From Myxococcota bacterium (GTDB taxonomy: Bacteria; Myxococcota_A; Polyangia; HGW-17), in NCBI GenBank assembly GCA_018817795.1, contig JAHITJ010000208.1, positions 43,989 to 107,988 on the forward strand: a stretch of 64,000 nucleotides of DNA, read 5' to 3'. The notes beneath the pieces were generated by a model. That model had not been told where the DNA came from and made no database searches. It was given only the letters and a program-made list of their open reading frames with translations. Below, piece after piece: positions 60,910-64,000 of this stretch. Each line of letters starts with the position of its first letter. The first letter of the stretch is position 1. The position numbers and the translations under genes were made by a program.

Positions 60910-62331
60910 TTGCATCCATCCACAGAGTCGATATCCAGATCCCCCCTGTTCCGGGGCATCCTCGTCGTCGAGGACGAACCCGGGCTGCGTCTGGTCATCG
61001 AAAGTGTTCTCACCGGGGCGGGCTATCGCGTCGTCAGTGCGACTGATGGGGATCAGGCCCTGACCCTGGCCCTGGCTGATCCCCAGCTCCAACTGATCCT
61101 CACCGATGTGCGGCTGCCGAAAAAAGACGGCATGCAGCTGCTCACCGAACTGATGCAGGCCGCGCCCGAACGCACCGTGATCGTGATGTCCGCCTACGGG
61201 TCCATTGAGATGGCGGTGACCGCACTCCAGGCCGGCGCCTACCACTTCCTCTCCAAGCCCTTCGGCAAGGATGTCCTGCTTCACACGGTCCGCAAGGCCG
61301 AGGAACGCTTCGCGCTGATCGAGGAGAACCGGAACCTCAAGTCTCGCCTGACCGGGCGCGATCCGGACGGCATGCTCATCGGCGTGTCACCGTCGATTCA
61401 GCAGGTGCTGCAGAAGGTGCAGAAGATCGCCTCGTTCCAGTCGACGGTCCTGATCACGGGTGAGAGCGGCACGGGCAAGGAAGTCGTGGCCCGCCTGATC
61501 CACGGCCTGAGGACTGATCCCGGGCCCTTCGTTGCGGTCAATTGCGGTGCGATCCCGGAGAACCTGCTCGAGAGCGAGTTATTCGGCGTGGTGCGGGGTG
61601 CGTACACAGGGGCCACCGAGAATCGGATTGGGCTTCTGGCCCAGGCACACCAGGGCACCCTCTTCCTCGACGAGGTCGGCGAGCTCCCCCTGGCCCTTCA
61701 GGTCAAGCTCCTGCGCGTGATCCAGGAAGGTGTGTTCCGTCCGCTCGGTTCCGGACAGGAGACGCGGGTCGTGGTCCGCTGGATGGCAGCCACTGCGCGA
61801 GACCTGCCGTCGGCCGTCTCGGCCGGCACGTTCCGGGAGGATCTGTACTACCGCCTCAACGTCGTCCCGATCCACCTTCCCCCCCTGCGTGAACGTCCGG
61901 AGGATCTCCTGCTGCTTGCAAGGCATTTTCTGACACGCTCGGCCAGACGCCACGGCGTCGAGGAAAAGGTCCTGTCCCCGGCCGCCGCGGCCCGCCTGAC
62001 GAACCATCCCTGGCCCGGCAACGTCCGCGAACTCGAGAACTGGATGGAGCGGGTGACGATCCTGTGCGAACATCGCGAAGTCCAGCCGGAAGATCTGCCT
62101 GGCGCGCCGGCCGGAAATACCCCGTCCCTGCAAGAAAAAGTCAGCGCGGAAACCCTGTCGATCAAACAGGCCACTAAAGACATAGAACGTATATTAATAA
62201 CTAAAGCTTTAAATATGACTGGTGGAAAAAAGTTTGCTGCATCTCAACTTCTGGAAATTAGTGAGAGGGCGTTGCAATATAAAATGAAAGTATACCAAAT
62301 AAAGGAATCGGAGAAAGGAACTTCCCGATGA
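60910..62331 (+). CDS. Sigma-54-dependent response regulator (NtrC/PilR-like bEBP); start uncertain
   Basis: Receiver ILVVEDE...LTDVRLP...FLSKPF; GESGTGKE; ESELFG...GAYTGA; LFLDEVGE; FREDLYYRL; WPGNVREL; Fis-type HTH. Confidence 0.93.
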   Translation: MHPSTESISRSPLFRGILVVEDEPGLRLVIESVLTGAGYRVVSATDGDQALTLALADPQLQLILTDVRLPKKDGMQLLTELMQAAPERTVIVMSAYGSIEMAVTALQAGAYHFLSKPFGKDVLLHTVRKAEERFALIEENRNLKSRLTGRDPDGMLIGVSPSIQQVLQKVQKIASFQSTVLITGESGTGKEVVARLIHGLRTDPGPFVAVNCGAIPENLLESELFGVVRGAYTGATENRIGLLAQAHQGTLFLDEVGELPLALQVKLLRVIQEGVFRPLGSGQETRVVVRWMAATARDLPSAVSAGTFREDLYYRLNVVPIHLPPLRERPEDLLLLARHFLTRSARRHGVEEKVLSPAAAARLTNHPWPGNVRELENWMERVTILCEHREVQPEDLPGAPAGNTPSLQEKVSAETLSIKQATKDIERILITKALNMTGGKKFAASQLLEISERALQYKMKVYQIKESEKGTSR

Positions 62332-62428
62332 CTTTTTTTGTATGGAAAATTGACTACATGTATCCATGTGTGGCATAAAGGGTACTAAGTAGGTCCATTT
62401 GTCACATGGACCGAAGGATGAAAAGATC

Positions 62429-63481
62429 ATGGCGAAAAACTGTATTGGCCTCGACATCGGCTCCTCATCGGTCAAGGTAGTGCAACTCGAAGAGACCCGC
62501 AAAGGTCTGGTTCTGGCCAACTTCGGCATCAATCCACTGCCGCCGGAGACCATCGTCGACGGCGCGATCATGAACCAGGTGGCGGTGCTCGAAGCGATTG
62601 AAGCGCTATTCTCCAGGCTCGGCATCAAGAGGAAGGAGGTGGCCCTCGCCATCTCCGGCCGCTCCGTGATCGTGAAGAAGATCGCCATGCCCGTGATGTC
62701 GCACGCCGAACTGGCCGAAGAACTGAACCTGGAGATGTCGCACCACATCCCGTTCGCCCGCGATGAAGTGGAAGTGGACTACGACATCGTGGTGCCCAAA
62801 AACACCGAGGGACAGATGGAGATCCTGCTCGTGGCCGCCAAGAAGGAGGTCGTGCAGGACTACCTCGACATCGTCAGGGAGGCCCGGCTCAACCCCGTGG
62901 TCCTCGACGTGTCCGCCTTCGCCGTGCAGAACCTCTACGAAAAGCTTGTGGGCTTCTCGCCCAACGAGACCGTGGTCATGCTGAACATAGGGGCCGTCTC
63001 GACCTCGCTGAACATCGTGATCGGCGGCGTTACGACCTTCACCCGCGACATCGGCATCGGGGGACAGACGATCACCGGTGAGATCCAGCGCACCCTGCAG
63101 ATCGCCTTCGACGAGGCGGAGAACCGCAAGAGGGAAGCCGCCACGGGCATGTCTGTGGATCCCAACATCATGTCCATCGTCACGCGCGTCTGTGACGTGA
63201 TGGCAGGCGAACTCCAGCGGTCGATCGACTTCTTCCTGAGCTCGGCGCCGGCGACCAACTCGACCCGCGTCGTCGCCACCGGCGGCGGATCGATCATGAA
63301 GCCGCTGATCCAGGCAGTCGAGCGCCGCTCCAAGAACTCCGTGACGGTGTTCGACGGCTTCACCGGAGGCGTGGTGGTGGATCCGGCCATGTTTGACATG
63401 CCCCTGCTGCAGTCCCAGGCGGCCACCGCCTCGGTTGCGCTGGGGCTGGCCCTGCGGAAACCGGGTGACAAGAGGGCCTGA
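62429..63481 (+). CDS. pilM: Type IV pilus assembly protein PilM
   Basis: IGLDIGSSSVKVVQL, LAISGRSVIVKKI, HIPF, LLVAAKKE, IGGQTIT, LGLALR. Confidence 0.95.
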   Translation: MAKNCIGLDIGSSSVKVVQLEETRKGLVLANFGINPLPPETIVDGAIMNQVAVLEAIEALFSRLGIKRKEVALAISGRSVIVKKIAMPVMSHAELAEELNLEMSHHIPFARDEVEVDYDIVVPKNTEGQMEILLVAAKKEVVQDYLDIVREARLNPVVLDVSAFAVQNLYEKLVGFSPNETVVMLNIGAVSTSLNIVIGGVTTFTRDIGIGGQTITGEIQRTLQIAFDEAENRKREAATGMSVDPNIMSIVTRVCDVMAGELQRSIDFFLSSAPATNSTRVVATGGGSIMKPLIQAVERRSKNSVTVFDGFTGGVVVDPAMFDMPLLQSQAATASVALGLALRKPGDKRA

Positions 63482-63525
63482 GAAGGCCCATTGAGGATCT
63501 CTGAGTTCCTCAAGGAGAATGGTCC

Positions 63526-64000
63526 ATGTTGCGCATCAACTTGATTCCACAGAAGATTTCCCCGAAGGAAGCCCGGGGACAGCAGGTCCTGTTCCTGATC
63601 CTGCTGGTCTGGCTGGCGACCGGCGGCGGGCTCTTCTATCATTACAAGTTCGTGCTGGACACCTCCAGCATCGAGAAGAACCGCGGCATCATCAAGGAAA
63701 ACAACCGGAAAATCGCCGAGGTCCAAGCGCAGTTGAGCCAGTACAAGGTGCTCCCCGAAGCCGAAAAGCAGAAGCTCCAGGCCGAATACCAGAAGCGGGT
63801 GAGCACCGTCGGACGCATCGAAAAAGTGCGCTCCAACCCGGTGTTCGTGCTGCTGGAACTGGCCCGCATCGTGAGCGTCGGCCAGCTTCCGACGGTCACC
63901 GGACCAGAGAACAAAACCGAACTGGACACCAACTGGGATCCATCTCCGATGTTCTTCACATCGCTCAACGAGAAGGACAGGTTCCTGACGCTCGAGGGCG
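63526..64000 (+). CDS. pilN: Type IV pilus assembly protein PilN (partial, runs off window end)
   Basis: Translated by hand: MLRINLIPQK (INLLP-like PilM-binding motif), TM, coiled coil, ...FFTSLNEKDRFLTLEG; follows pilM. Confidence 0.9.
   Translation, partial: MLRINLIPQKISPKEARGQQVLFLILLVWLATGGGLFYHYKFVLDTSSIEKNRGIIKENNRKIAEVQAQLSQYKVLPEAEKQKLQAEYQKRVSTVGRIEKVRSNPVFVLLELARIVSVGQLPTVTGPENKTELDTNWDPSPMFFTSLNEKDRFLTLEG

Overview
GC-rich bacterial chromosome segment. Its gene content (Agl/Glt-like genes, a MYXO-CTERM-like tail, Cys-rich lipoproteins) points to a Myxococcota/deltaproteobacterial organism; this is inference. Left to right: a TetR-led ABC export operon (LolA-like protein, two FtsX/MacB-type permeases, ATPase, outer-membrane barrel); a stand-alone Tad/Flp minor-pilin operon including a 57-aa pilin missed by the ORF track; an accessory block of surface lipoproteins; MMPL/RND transporter, guaA, amidase, rhomboid protease, miaA; tRNA-Ser(CGA), tRNA-Ser(GGA), SRP RNA, dnaX-ybaB-recR; a 12-kb Glt-like TPR operon ending in an AglRQS-like motor but lacking a GltG-like gene; pdp; ftsA-ftsZ outside a dcw cluster; a regulatory cluster (RHH protein, PPC-Tudor fusion, FliA-like sigma, V4R protein, tandem cNMP-binding protein); two large surface proteins; a small protein of two recombinase-type DNA-binding domains flanked by structured non-coding sequence; a GltJ/AgmX-like protein; a sigma-54 activator; pilM and the start of pilN. 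No CRISPR array, rRNA, transposase or prophage was seen. Best leads: the tandem recombinase-domain gene with its flanking structures (58182-58934), the GltG-less Agl-Glt cluster, the PPC-Tudor/sigma/V4R module and the orphan Tad tip operon. All family calls come from motif recognition by eye; no database search was run.
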